Assembly (NCBI GenBank): GCA_902785645.1
Contig: CACZZG010000002.1
Coordinates: forward strand, 17,936-81,935
Reading direction: 5' to 3'
DNA: 64,000 bases
Source: an uncultured Erysipelotrichaceae bacterium
GTDB taxonomy: Bacteria; Bacillota_I; Bacilli_A; RFN20; CAG-826
The position numbers and the translations under genes were made by a program. Positions within the stretch are counted from its first letter, which is position 1, and each line of letters starts with the position of its first letter. The notes beneath the pieces were generated by a model. That model had not been told where the DNA came from. It made no database searches and worked only from the letters and a program-made list of their open reading frames with translations. This document shows, piece by piece, positions 21,156 through 29,000 of the stretch.

Positions 21156-21400
21156 AGTAATTTCTTTTTAGCGTCTTCTAAGGACATAACTCTTCCAGAA
21201 TTAACGTCCGCAATTCCTTGGTTTATTTCTTGCATCAATTTGATTGTTTGATAAAGTTCATCTAAAACATTTGAATCAATGATCGCGGTATCTTCTCTAC
21301 CATTAACCGTTATATAAACTGGTTGGCCAGTAGTTTTACATAGTTCGCTTATTTCTTTATATCTATTTCTTAAATCCGCACTTGGTCTGATAATTGCCAT
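21152..21400 (-). CDS. Phd/YefM-family antitoxin.
   Basis: 82 aa. MAIIRPSADLRNRYKEISELCKTTGQPVYITVNGRED... RBS GAGGT. 4-nt overlap with the toxin gene. Confidence 0.65.
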   Translation of the reverse strand: MAIIRPSADLRNRYKEISELCKTTGQPVYITVNGREDTAIIDSNVLDELYQTIKLMQEINQGIADVNSGRVMSLEDAKKKLL

Positions 21401-21449
21401 AAAAATACCTCGTTATATCATAATTATATCATAAACAGATGTTTTTTAA

Positions 21450-21478
21450 AGATTTAAAAAGCCGCTATTACACGGCTC
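21450..21478 (-). terminator. Terminator-like hairpin, a partial third copy of the repeat-B hairpin.
   Basis: aaaaaGCCGctattacaCGGCt. Loop TTACAC is shared with the hairpins at 20297..20320 and 21631..21654. Confidence 0.45.
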
Positions 21479-21484
21479 TATCTT

Positions 21485-21534
21485 GAATAAGTCATTTTGC
21501 CCAACTTTGGATAAGTAACTTTGGACGACTACAG
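21485..21534. repeat. Repeat A, copy 1 (50 bp).
   Basis: gaataagtcattttgcccaactttggataagtaactttggacgactacag; 46/50 identical to 24011..24060. Contains internal GGATAAGT and CTTTGGA duplications. Confidence 0.7.
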
Positions 21535-21593
21535 TAGTTTCTATGGTTGTCTGATGTCAGTTATTCAATTTGGTCCAAAAATCTCCATTCACA

Positions 21594-21654
21594 ATTATGT
21601 CGTGTTTAAAGACATTCGCGAACAATAAAGAACCAGGCTTTTACACCTGGTCTT
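21594..21654. repeat. Repeat B, copy 2; its hairpin serves as the terminator of the flotillin gene.
   Basis: attatgtcgtgtttaaagacattcgcgaacaataaagaACCAGGcttttacaCCTGGTctt. Confidence 0.7.
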
Positions 21655-21686
21655 CGCTTCTTAACGGGTATTAAGAGCTTGGGATT

Positions 21687-23165
21687 TTAAACACCTGCTT
21701 GTGTTTTGTTGCCCCCAACAACTTTTGTGCCGAAGTATCCGAGTAGTAATGATTTGAGATCAATACCCAAGGTTTTATTTAAACCTTCAAAGATTTGATC
21801 GCCATGTTGTTGAATCTCACTAACGAGTTTGGCTTCATTACCTTCACCGTACATTGTGATGCCATCGATTTGTGATAGAGCGGCGGCAATTGGTTCAGCA
21901 TATGCTCTCACTGTTTCTGGCAATACATTTGATTCGAGAATGAGTTTTAGTGTAGCGGCATCATTGTAGGATTTCATAGCATCAGCTTTTGCTTTGATGG
22001 CATCCGCTTCTGCTTGTCCTTTGGCTTCAATACCCTTAGCCTCTGCAAGGGCAGCTTCTTTATTGGCGTCCGCTTCAATTCTCACCGCGGTCGCGCCTTC
22101 TTCACGAGCCTTTCTTTCGGCTTCTGCACCTACTTTTTTGATCTCGGCTTTCTTTTGTGCTTCCACAAGTTCTGCTTCCGCTACTGTTCTTCTCTTGAAG
22201 AGTTCTGCTTCAGCAGCTTTTTCAGCGGCATATTTCTCCGCATCCGCTTTCTTATTGATTGTGGCTGCTAATTTCTTTTCCGCTAATTCCACTTCTTTGT
22301 TGCCGAGTTCAACTTCTCTTTCTCTCTTAGAAATTTCTGCATTTGTGGTAGCGACATTGATTTCTTCTTGTCTCTTTTGTTCTTGAATTTTATATGCGGC
22401 ATCAGCATCCGCTTTAGCAGTATCGCTTTGAATCTTTAAGGCCGCTTCTTTTAAAGCATATTCAGTATTCTTTTGCACAATAACTGTCTTGGAATTCACT
22501 TCCGCTTCATTGGCGTCTTGTGCGGCTTTTGCTCTAGCAATACTGACATCTCTCTCTGCATTTGCTTTAGCAATCGCAGCTTCTTTGGAGATTTGAGAAA
22601 TATTATCAATACCTAAGTTTTCAATCACGTGATTGCCATCGGAGAAGTTTTGAATATTGAAGTTAACGAGTTCAATACCGAGCTTTTCCATATCTGGGAC
22701 AACATTTTCCATGACTTTAGAAGCCACACCTTTTCTATCTTGGACGAGTTGTCTAATACCAACTGTGCCAACGATTTCTCTCATGTTTCCTTCCAGGACT
22801 TGTTTGACTTGTTCAATTAAGTCTTCTTCCTTCATCCCTAATGTCGCTTCAAACGCTCTTTCAAGGAGAACTGGATCGCTAGAGATCTTTAGATTAGCGA
22901 CACCATCAACATTGATATTGATGAATTCGTTTGTGGGGATTGATTCACGGGTTTTAATATCAACCTGGAAAACCTTTAAAGATAATTTATCTTTTCTTTG
23001 GAAGAATGGTAGTTTCCAACCAGCCTTACCTCTAAGTATTTTTCTTTTTCCCAAACCGGAAATCATGATTGCTTCATCTGGCCCTGCTTTAGTGTAAGAA
23101 CACAATACAAGAACAACGATTAAGATGAGACCAATAACACCTAACAAAATCCATAACCATAACAT
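21687..23165 (-). CDS. floT: Flotillin (FloT/YuaG-like SPFH protein with N-terminal membrane anchor and Ala/Glu-rich coiled coil).
   Basis: 492 aa. TM helix, then SPFH domain, then a long EA-repeat coiled coil (AEAELVEAQKKAEIKKVGAEAERKAREE...). RBS AGGAGG. Confidence 0.8.
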   Translation of the reverse strand: MLWLWILLGVIGLILIVVLVLCSYTKAGPDEAIMISGLGKRKILRGKAGWKLPFFQRKDKLSLKVFQVDIKTRESIPTNEFININVDGVANLKISSDPVLLERAFEATLGMKEEDLIEQVKQVLEGNMREIVGTVGIRQLVQDRKGVASKVMENVVPDMEKLGIELVNFNIQNFSDGNHVIENLGIDNISQISKEAAIAKANAERDVSIARAKAAQDANEAEVNSKTVIVQKNTEYALKEAALKIQSDTAKADADAAYKIQEQKRQEEINVATTNAEISKREREVELGNKEVELAEKKLAATINKKADAEKYAAEKAAEAELFKRRTVAEAELVEAQKKAEIKKVGAEAERKAREEGATAVRIEADANKEAALAEAKGIEAKGQAEADAIKAKADAMKSYNDAATLKLILESNVLPETVRAYAEPIAAALSQIDGITMYGEGNEAKLVSEIQQHGDQIFEGLNKTLGIDLKSLLLGYFGTKVVGGNKTQAGV

Positions 23166-23223
23166 AGTAGTTTCCTCCTTTTACTTTTCCAAGAGAACAA
23201 TCAACATTAATTCTCTTTTCAAC

Positions 23224-23256
23224 ATTATTATACATATTTATACATTTAGATACAAT
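23224..23256. promoter_or_regulatory. Conserved about 33-bp promoter-region motif with three phased heptamer direct repeats, upstream of the flotillin gene.
   Basis: attatTATACATattTATACATttagATACAAT; heptamers spaced 10-11 bp; near-identical copy at 23780..23812. Confidence 0.4.
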
Positions 23257-23300
23257 AATTATCGGAAGAATCGTATTTAACTTTGTTAAAATAATAAAAA

Positions 23301-23320
23301 ATGACGGTTAATTCCGTCAT
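23301..23320. terminator. Bidirectional hairpin terminator after the 123-aa gene.
   Basis: aaaaATGACGGttaattCCGTCATaattt. Confidence 0.5.
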
Positions 23321-23390
23321 AATTTATATTATTTTATATATTTATAATATAGATTTATATATTCAATTATGTATTTACGTGTTACTAATA

Positions 23391-23762
23391 CTATTTCACT
23401 CCATCTTTTATAAGAATAGTAAGAATATTCTCTTTGCTATCCCAAGATGTTTCAAAGCGCAATGGTGAATTTGAAAGTTTAAGATTTAAAGCTGCTCCTA
23501 ATTGTTTCATCAGTGCGACAGAAGATATTCTTGCAAAGCTCTTATGTCTTTCAATTTTTAATAAGCAGCTTTCATCTAAATTACCCGATTCAATAAAGGC
23601 TTTTGTGAGAGGTTGTATAACAATGTTACCATCATCAGTTAAACCAACTTGCACCTTGTGCGCGATTTCAAAAGGATACATCGCTGTGGTATTTAATGTG
23701 ATGCTATTGTTATATAAAGATGCCACACCACTTTTAGCTTTTACATTAATCCAAGTAATCAT
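23391..23762 (-). CDS. Hypothetical 123-aa protein with a promoter motif matching the flotillin gene's.
   Basis: ORF with RBS AGAGG. No family recognisable by eye. Confidence 0.5.
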   Translation of the reverse strand: MITWINVKAKSGVASLYNNSITLNTTAMYPFEIAHKVQVGLTDDGNIVIQPLTKAFIESGNLDESCLLKIERHKSFARISSVALMKQLGAALNLKLSNSPLRFETSWDSKENILTILIKDGVK

Positions 23763-23779
23763 ATTAATAACCTCTTAAC

Positions 23780-23812
23780 ATTATTATGCATTTTTATACA
23801 TTTAAACACAAT
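23780..23812. promoter_or_regulatory. Second copy of the phased-heptamer promoter motif, upstream of the 123-aa gene.
   Basis: attatTATGCATtttTATACATttaaACACAAT. Confidence 0.4.
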
Positions 23813-23984
23813 TTCAAAATTCTACATCAACTCAAACGATTGGGTGTCAATGTCATATTATCAATAATAAAACAAGCAAAACTGATCTACAAAGCAAATG
23901 GTTTTTCAAATCAAAAATCTGGCAAATATCATCTTCTAATTTATAATGTGGTTCGCTACGAGGCGCTGGTTCGATATATAAAAC

Positions 23985-24006
23985 AAAAGCCCTCTTGCGA
24001 GGACTT
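23985..24006 (-). terminator. Hairpin with GCAA tetraloop followed by a T-run, downstream of tRNA-Ala and repeat A.
   Basis: Minus strand reads GTCCTCgcaaGAGGGCttttgtttt. Confidence 0.4.
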
Positions 24007-24010
24007 GTTT

Positions 24011-24060
24011 GGATAAGTCATTTTGCCCAACTTTGGATAAGTGACTTTGGACAACGACAG
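24011..24060. repeat. Repeat A, copy 2 (50 bp), about 10 nt beyond the 3' end of tRNA-Ala.
   Basis: ggataagtcattttgcccaactttggataagtgactttggacaacgacag. Confidence 0.7.
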
Positions 24061-24071
24061 TTTCACTATTT

Positions 24072-24147
24072 TGGTGGATCTAATCGGGATCGAACCGACG
24101 ACCTCCTCGTTGCGAACGAGGCGCTCTCCCAGCTGAGCTATAGACCC
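24072..24147 (-). tRNA. tRNA-Ala, anticodon CGC.
   Basis: Reverse complement reads GGGTCTATAGCTCAGCTGGGAGAGCGCCTCGTTCGCAACGAGGAGGTCGTCGGTTCGATCCCGATTAGATCCACCA. Cloverleaf with G3:U70 Ala identity pair, anticodon loop TTCGCAA, T-loop TTCGATC, encoded CCA. Confidence 0.85.
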
Positions 24148-24239
24148 ATGCGAATTAATATATTATAGGGATTTATTTAAAATTACAATTCTTATTAGAA
24201 TTAGAATGACATATATAATAAATTATTGAGGGAACATAT

Positions 24240-25109
24240 ATGAGATTAGGGATGATGACTGAAACATTCAAAAGATATGTTAGTCAGGAAGAGAGTTTAA
24301 GATTAATTAAAGAATTAGGTTTTGATGTCGCGGACATAACTTTATTTAAGACCGGTGATTATACTAAACCTGATCCAGACATCTTTGATGGGGATTATAT
24401 TTTAAGAGCCAAGCAAATCAAAAAATATGCAGATGAAATAGGTTTGCCCATCATTCAATCTCACGCACCATTCCCAGTTCATATTGAAGGAAATGAAGAA
24501 TATAACAAATACATTATGGACATACTTTCAAAATGTATTGAAGTATGTGGCATATTAGGTGTTAAAAACTTAGTTATTCATCCATGGAACAATTGGAACT
24601 ACAAAGAAAACGCAGCTTTCTTTAGAAAACTTCTTCCATTAGCTAAGAAACATAACGTTATTATATGCACCGAAAATATGTGGAACTGGAATCATGAAGA
24701 GAACCACGCGATTGAAGCGGCCTGTTCCTCTCCTGAAGACTTCTTAAGACATATTGAAGAAGTTAATGACGATTATTTAAAAGCTTGTGTGGATGTTGGT
24801 CACGCAAACATGATGAACATGGTGTCTAAGACCACCACTCCTGGAAATATGGTGAGAGTGCTTAATAAAAATATTAATTGTTTTCATATTCATGATAATG
24901 ATGGAGTCCACGATTCTCATGAAACACCTTTCACAATGAATCTTGATTGGAATGATTTAGCTAAAGCAATTAAAGAGATTAATTATCAAGGTGATTTGAT
25001 CATTGAGATATGTGGAATCAAAAACGCCACACTTGAAGAAACACTAAAGAGAAATAAGCTCCAAGTTGAAGCGGGACATAAGTTAATTAATTTAATTAAA
25101 AACAGTTAA
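24240..25109 (+). CDS. Sugar phosphate isomerase/epimerase (xylose-isomerase-like TIM barrel).
   Basis: 289 aa. Conserved HPW/HIHDN/E-containing barrel motifs (VIHPWNNW, FHIHDNDG). Confidence 0.7.
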   Translation: MRLGMMTETFKRYVSQEESLRLIKELGFDVADITLFKTGDYTKPDPDIFDGDYILRAKQIKKYADEIGLPIIQSHAPFPVHIEGNEEYNKYIMDILSKCIEVCGILGVKNLVIHPWNNWNYKENAAFFRKLLPLAKKHNVIICTENMWNWNHEENHAIEAACSSPEDFLRHIEEVNDDYLKACVDVGHANMMNMVSKTTTPGNMVRVLNKNINCFHIHDNDGVHDSHETPFTMNLDWNDLAKAIKEINYQGDLIIEICGIKNATLEETLKRNKLQVEAGHKLINLIKNS

Positions 25110-25170
25110 TTGATAAATAATGCGTGTCAAGACTGATAAATATATTTTCTTTTCTCTATAATATATCCAC

Positions 25171-26421
25171 ATGAAAAACAATAAGACGATTGCCGTTATT
25201 GATTTAAAGGCCTTTTATTCATTCGTTGAATGTGTTGATCGAGGCCTGGATGCGTGGAAAGTTCCTCTTGTCGTCGCAGATAAAGAAAGAGGAAAGAACA
25301 CAATCGTTTTAAGTGTGTCTCCTTTCTTAAAAGAAAGAGGGGTTCCTTCTAGATTAAGAATAAGAGACTTACCAAAAGGATATGACTATATCTACGCTGT
25401 GCCAAGAATGGAAAGATATGTTGAAAAAAGCGCAGAGGTTGTAAGAATCATGATGGAATATGTCTCAGATGAAGATATTCATGTTTATTCCATCGACGAA
25501 GCATTCTTAGATATTACAAGTTATCTTGATTATTATCACAAGACACCACTCGAAATAGTCTCGATGATTATTAACACAATTAAAGAAAGAACTGGTCTAC
25601 AAGCCACAGGTGGTATTGGAGATAATTTCTTTTTAGCGAAGGTCGCATTAGATATTTACGCAAAACACGAGAAAAATGGCATCGCCACAATCCATCAAGA
25701 AGATGTGCAAAAGAAACTTTGGCCAATCACACCACTGACAAAAATATGGGGAATTGGCGAGAGAACTGCGCTGAAATTGAATAAAATGGGCATTTATACG
25801 ATGGGTGATTTAGCGAATGCTGATAAAGATTATATTCACAATGCCTTTGGTATTATCGGTGATCAACTCATCGACCACGCAAACGGAATTGATGAATCTG
25901 ATATCCATGAAGTCTATGTCCCAAAAAGCACCAGCTTATCTATTGGGCAAGTATTATTTAAAGATTACAAGATGGATGAAGCGAGATTAATCATAAGAGA
26001 AATGTGTGATGACTTATCATCTAAATTAAGAAAAGAGAATAAACAAACTGAACTCGTTTCTTTATATATTGGATATTCCAAAGACACAATGGGTGGATTC
26101 TCTCGTCAGATGTCTTTATTAAACGCTACAGATGACACTGAAGAGTTATATAACGCATTAATTGAAATATATGACGAGTATATAAGAGACTATCCAATTA
26201 GACGTGTTGGCATTAGCTTTGGTAAACTATCGACAAACGGTTTTAAACAAATCAATATGTTTGATGACGCCAAAAAAGAAAAGAAGAGACATGACTTATT
26301 TAAAACCATGGATAAATTAAAAGATAAATATGGTAAAAATATATTGTTACGTGCGAGTGCGTTAACAGAAAACAGCACCGCTATCGAAAGACATAATCAG
26401 ATTGGAGGGCATAGGAAATGA
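25171..26421 (+). CDS. Y-family DNA polymerase (translesion, UmuC/PolY-like).
   Basis: 416 aa. IAVIDLKAFYSFVE and SIDEAFLDIT catalytic motifs. Confidence 0.85.
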   Translation: MKNNKTIAVIDLKAFYSFVECVDRGLDAWKVPLVVADKERGKNTIVLSVSPFLKERGVPSRLRIRDLPKGYDYIYAVPRMERYVEKSAEVVRIMMEYVSDEDIHVYSIDEAFLDITSYLDYYHKTPLEIVSMIINTIKERTGLQATGGIGDNFFLAKVALDIYAKHEKNGIATIHQEDVQKKLWPITPLTKIWGIGERTALKLNKMGIYTMGDLANADKDYIHNAFGIIGDQLIDHANGIDESDIHEVYVPKSTSLSIGQVLFKDYKMDEARLIIREMCDDLSSKLRKENKQTELVSLYIGYSKDTMGGFSRQMSLLNATDDTEELYNALIEIYDEYIRDYPIRRVGISFGKLSTNGFKQINMFDDAKKEKKRHDLFKTMDKLKDKYGKNILLRASALTENSTAIERHNQIGGHRK

Positions 26422-26723
26422 GTGATCGTGGAATGAAAAAATGGGCACCATATAAAACCCTTCAAGAACAATGGGATACTTTAGATAATCTTCACTCTTC
26501 TAATGAGAAAATAGAAAAGCCAAAAATCAGCAATGAACAAGCTGAAGAAATAAATGACATATTAGTCAATTATCACGGCCAAGAATTAGAAATTATCTAC
26601 TATAAGAGTGGTCGATTATTAAAAGAAAAAAGCACCATCAAGAAGATCGATGCTTTTGAACGTAAATTAGTTTTAGATAATAACAAAATTATCTACTTAA
26701 AAGATTTAGTGGGAATTAGATAG
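26418..26723 (+). CDS. YolD-like small protein, a putative UmuD-analogue accessory factor of the Y-family polymerase.
   Basis: 101 aa. MSDRGMKKWAPY start resembles the YolD/YqjX family. ATGA overlap with the polymerase gene, the arrangement seen in Bacillus. Confidence 0.5.
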   Translation: MSDRGMKKWAPYKTLQEQWDTLDNLHSSNEKIEKPKISNEQAEEINDILVNYHGQELEIIYYKSGRLLKEKSTIKKIDAFERKLVLDNNKIIYLKDLVGIR

Positions 26724-27936
26724 CCCATTCACCATCTTTAAAGATTTGATATTTATTGCCTTTAGCGTCTTCACCAATAATATTTAAGTCTTTAGTACCC
26801 ACCATAAAGTCAACGTGAATCATGGAATCATTGATTCCTTTTTCTTTAGCTTCTTCGTTAGATAGATTAACATCTAATAATTCTTTAAAGCCATGACCTA
26901 AAGCAACATGGCATGCGGCGTTTTCATCATATAAAGTGTTATAGAAAAGAATTCCACTTAAATTAATTGGAGATGTATAAGGAACTAAAGCCACTTCACC
27001 TAACATTGCTGCGCCTTCATCCATAGAGACCATCTTTTCTAATAACTTTTGATTCTTCTTCGCATGGACTTCCACTACTTTGCCGTTTTTAAATGTTAAG
27101 GAGAAGTCTTCAATAAGTTGTCCATTATAGCTTAGTGGTTTTGATGCCACTAAAGTACCTTCACATTTTCCTGCCATTGGGGAAGTGAAAACTTCTTCAG
27201 TAGGAATATTAGGATTGAACTGTCCTTTATTAGGAGCTTCTTCAACACCTGCACCCCAAGATATACCAGGGATAAGTTCAACTTCAAAGTCAGTGCCATT
27301 AGAGGCCTTGTAATATAGTTTTCTTAAATCTAAACGACCGAGTTTATTTCTTTGTTGAATTAAGAAGGCGTTGTGCTTGTTCCAATTTTCGATTGGGTCA
27401 TTACCATCGACACGAGAGGTCATAAGAATTGCTTCCCATAATTTTTCCATTGCTTCCTCTTCACTTATGTTTGGGAATACCTTTTTAGCCCAGGCTTTTC
27501 CCGCCACTCCAGCGATACACCATTTGTATTTTCCATCAGCAATATCGCGGTATTTTTTAATTTTTGGATAGGATTTTGCAGTACTTTTGGCCATTTTTGC
27601 TTGATTTATGCCTTTTAATCCATCTGGGTCTTCAGAGATCAAATAGATTCTTGTTGGTAGTTTTTTAGAGAAATATTTATAACGAGAAATCACCATTGGA
27701 CTGACCTTAGATAATTCACCAACAGTCATATATTGATAATGAAGTTTCGCTAATGGATCATAAGAAAATCTCACATCAACTTTCTTTGCGCCACATTTAT
27801 AGCATTCTTCCACGACCATATAGACAAAATCTGGTTGATCTAAACCAGCTTCAATCCATACTTCATCACCTTTTTGGACATTGCCACCTAATTGAGCAAT
27901 TAATTTTGCGTAATCTTTTAGTAATTTGATATCCAT
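26716..27936 (-). CDS. M29-family aminopeptidase (AmpS/PepS-like).
   Basis: About 406 aa from the ATG at 27936 (RBS GGAG); the track ORF begins at an upstream TTG. MDIKLLKDYAKLIAQLGGNVQKGDEVWI is typical of peptidase M29. Confidence 0.75.
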   Translation of the reverse strand: MDIKLLKDYAKLIAQLGGNVQKGDEVWIEAGLDQPDFVYMVVEECYKCGAKKVDVRFSYDPLAKLHYQYMTVGELSKVSPMVISRYKYFSKKLPTRIYLISEDPDGLKGINQAKMAKSTAKSYPKIKKYRDIADGKYKWCIAGVAGKAWAKKVFPNISEEEAMEKLWEAILMTSRVDGNDPIENWNKHNAFLIQQRNKLGRLDLRKLYYKASNGTDFEVELIPGISWGAGVEEAPNKGQFNPNIPTEEVFTSPMAGKCEGTLVASKPLSYNGQLIEDFSLTFKNGKVVEVHAKKNQKLLEKMVSMDEGAAMLGEVALVPYTSPINLSGILFYNTLYDENAACHVALGHGFKELLDVNLSNEEAKEKGINDSMIHVDFMVGTKDLNIIGEDAKGNKYQIFKDGEWAI

Positions 27937-27994
27937 AAAACAACTCCGTTGATATTTAATCAATTTATTTTATAATACACACGAGGAAAATGTT

Positions 27995-28564
27995 ATGAAT
28001 TCTATTTTCGAAAAACACAAATGGCTCAAATATGTCTTTGGCTCATTCATCGTTGCCGTCGGCATATTGATTATCATCTTAGCTGGTGTTAGTGTCGGCA
28101 AAATCCAAGATGTCGTAAATGTCGTCTTAGCGGTTGCTTTATTAGTCTTAGGATTATTCTTCTTATTCACTAATTTATTTAATGAATCGCACAAAGGATT
28201 TGCCCCCACACTATTATTTAGTGCGGTGCTATTAGCAGCAGGTATTACATTATTAGTTCTTAGATTTGCTTTGCACTTTGGTTTTGATCAAAAAGATACT
28301 GTTTATGTGATATCAATATTAACTTTAGTTTTCGGTGCTGTCGCATTAACCAAAGGCATCTCCTTAATCGTATATAAAGAAAAGGTTTCATTAATTTTAT
28401 TAATGTTCTTAGTGGCCGCCCTTGGAATTACCTTAGGTATCCTTGGTATTGTCTTCGCTGATAAATTGGTGGTCGCCACATACATCATCTTAGGTATTAT
28501 TGTTGTGGTATTCGGTATCTTATTTATCGTCTTTGCTGCAATAAGCGATAAGAAGAAAGCCTAA
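27995..28564 (+). CDS. Integral membrane protein with six TM helices (HdeD/DUF308-like).
   Basis: 189 aa, highly hydrophobic, with a repeated GI..I..G pattern. Confidence 0.5.
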   Translation: MNSIFEKHKWLKYVFGSFIVAVGILIIILAGVSVGKIQDVVNVVLAVALLVLGLFFLFTNLFNESHKGFAPTLLFSAVLLAAGITLLVLRFALHFGFDQKDTVYVISILTLVFGAVALTKGISLIVYKEKVSLILLMFLVAALGITLGILGIVFADKLVVATYIILGIIVVVFGILFIVFAAISDKKKA

Positions 28565-28574
28565 GCAAAAAATA

Positions 28575-28608
28575 AAAAAAAGAAAAGACTCAAACCGAGT
28601 CTTTTTTT
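28575..28608. terminator. Bidirectional rho-independent terminator.
   Basis: aaaaaaaagaaaaGACTCaaaccGAGTCttttttt. Confidence 0.6.
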
Positions 28609-28638
28609 GTTATCTCTTTAAAGATATTGATACTTAAC

Positions 28639-28920
28639 TTAGAAGAGGAATCTAATTCCAGCATCTGCAGCAGCGCTTGCAGCGGAGTTTGCAGCGGCGA
28701 CTTCAATAACAATCGCGATGATGAAGAAGATAATGGCCATGATCATTGTGAGGATAGAAACGACTTTTTCTGCGCCTCTTTCTTTGGTCTTGACGAACAC
28801 GTTAAGTCCACCACCAGTAATCGCGCCAGAGGCACCTTCTGATTTACCACCTTGCAATAAGCAAAGGATGATAATAACAATGCCAACGCCCATAAATAAC
28901 CAGTCGTACCAATTTAACAT
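28639..28920 (-). CDS. secG: Preprotein translocase subunit SecG.
   Basis: 93 aa. TM1-LLQGGKSEGASGAITGGG-...-TM2 topology and the LLQ.GK..G motif of SecG. Confidence 0.7.
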   Translation of the reverse strand: MLNWYDWLFMGVGIVIIILCLLQGGKSEGASGAITGGGLNVFVKTKERGAEKVVSILTMIMAIIFFIIAIVIEVAAANSAASAAADAGIRFLF

Positions 28921-29000
28921 GTTTTACTTCTTCCTTTCTTCAAGTTGCTTAAATATGTTATACAAATTACTTTCATAATTCAATTGATTTATTGAATTGT

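Noticed and set aside
21994-22386. Ala/Ser-rich antisense ORFs inside the flotillin gene, and Cys/Phe-rich antisense ORFs at 7009..7434 inside the SPFH gene.
   Set aside because: They are mirror images of the EA-repeat coiled coil and the zinc-ribbon repeats on the coding strand. They have no start context and lie inside confidently assigned genes.
23786-24016. 76-aa plus-strand ORF between the 123-aa gene and tRNA-Ala.
   Set aside because: It has no RBS, an AT-rich composition-driven frame, and overlaps repeat A and the tRNA terminator. Judged spurious.
21479-24147. Considered that the repeat-A copies are attL/attR of an integrative element inserted at tRNA-Ala.
   Set aside because: No integrase, recombinase or phage genes lie between the copies, and the repeat does not include the tRNA 3' end itself. 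It is kept only as a rearrangement or hotspot footprint.
25110-25170. Searched for a LexA/Cheo box (GAAC-N4-GTTC) ahead of the Y-family polymerase, and for one ahead of uvrB.
   Set aside because: No match was found by eye in the available upstream sequence.
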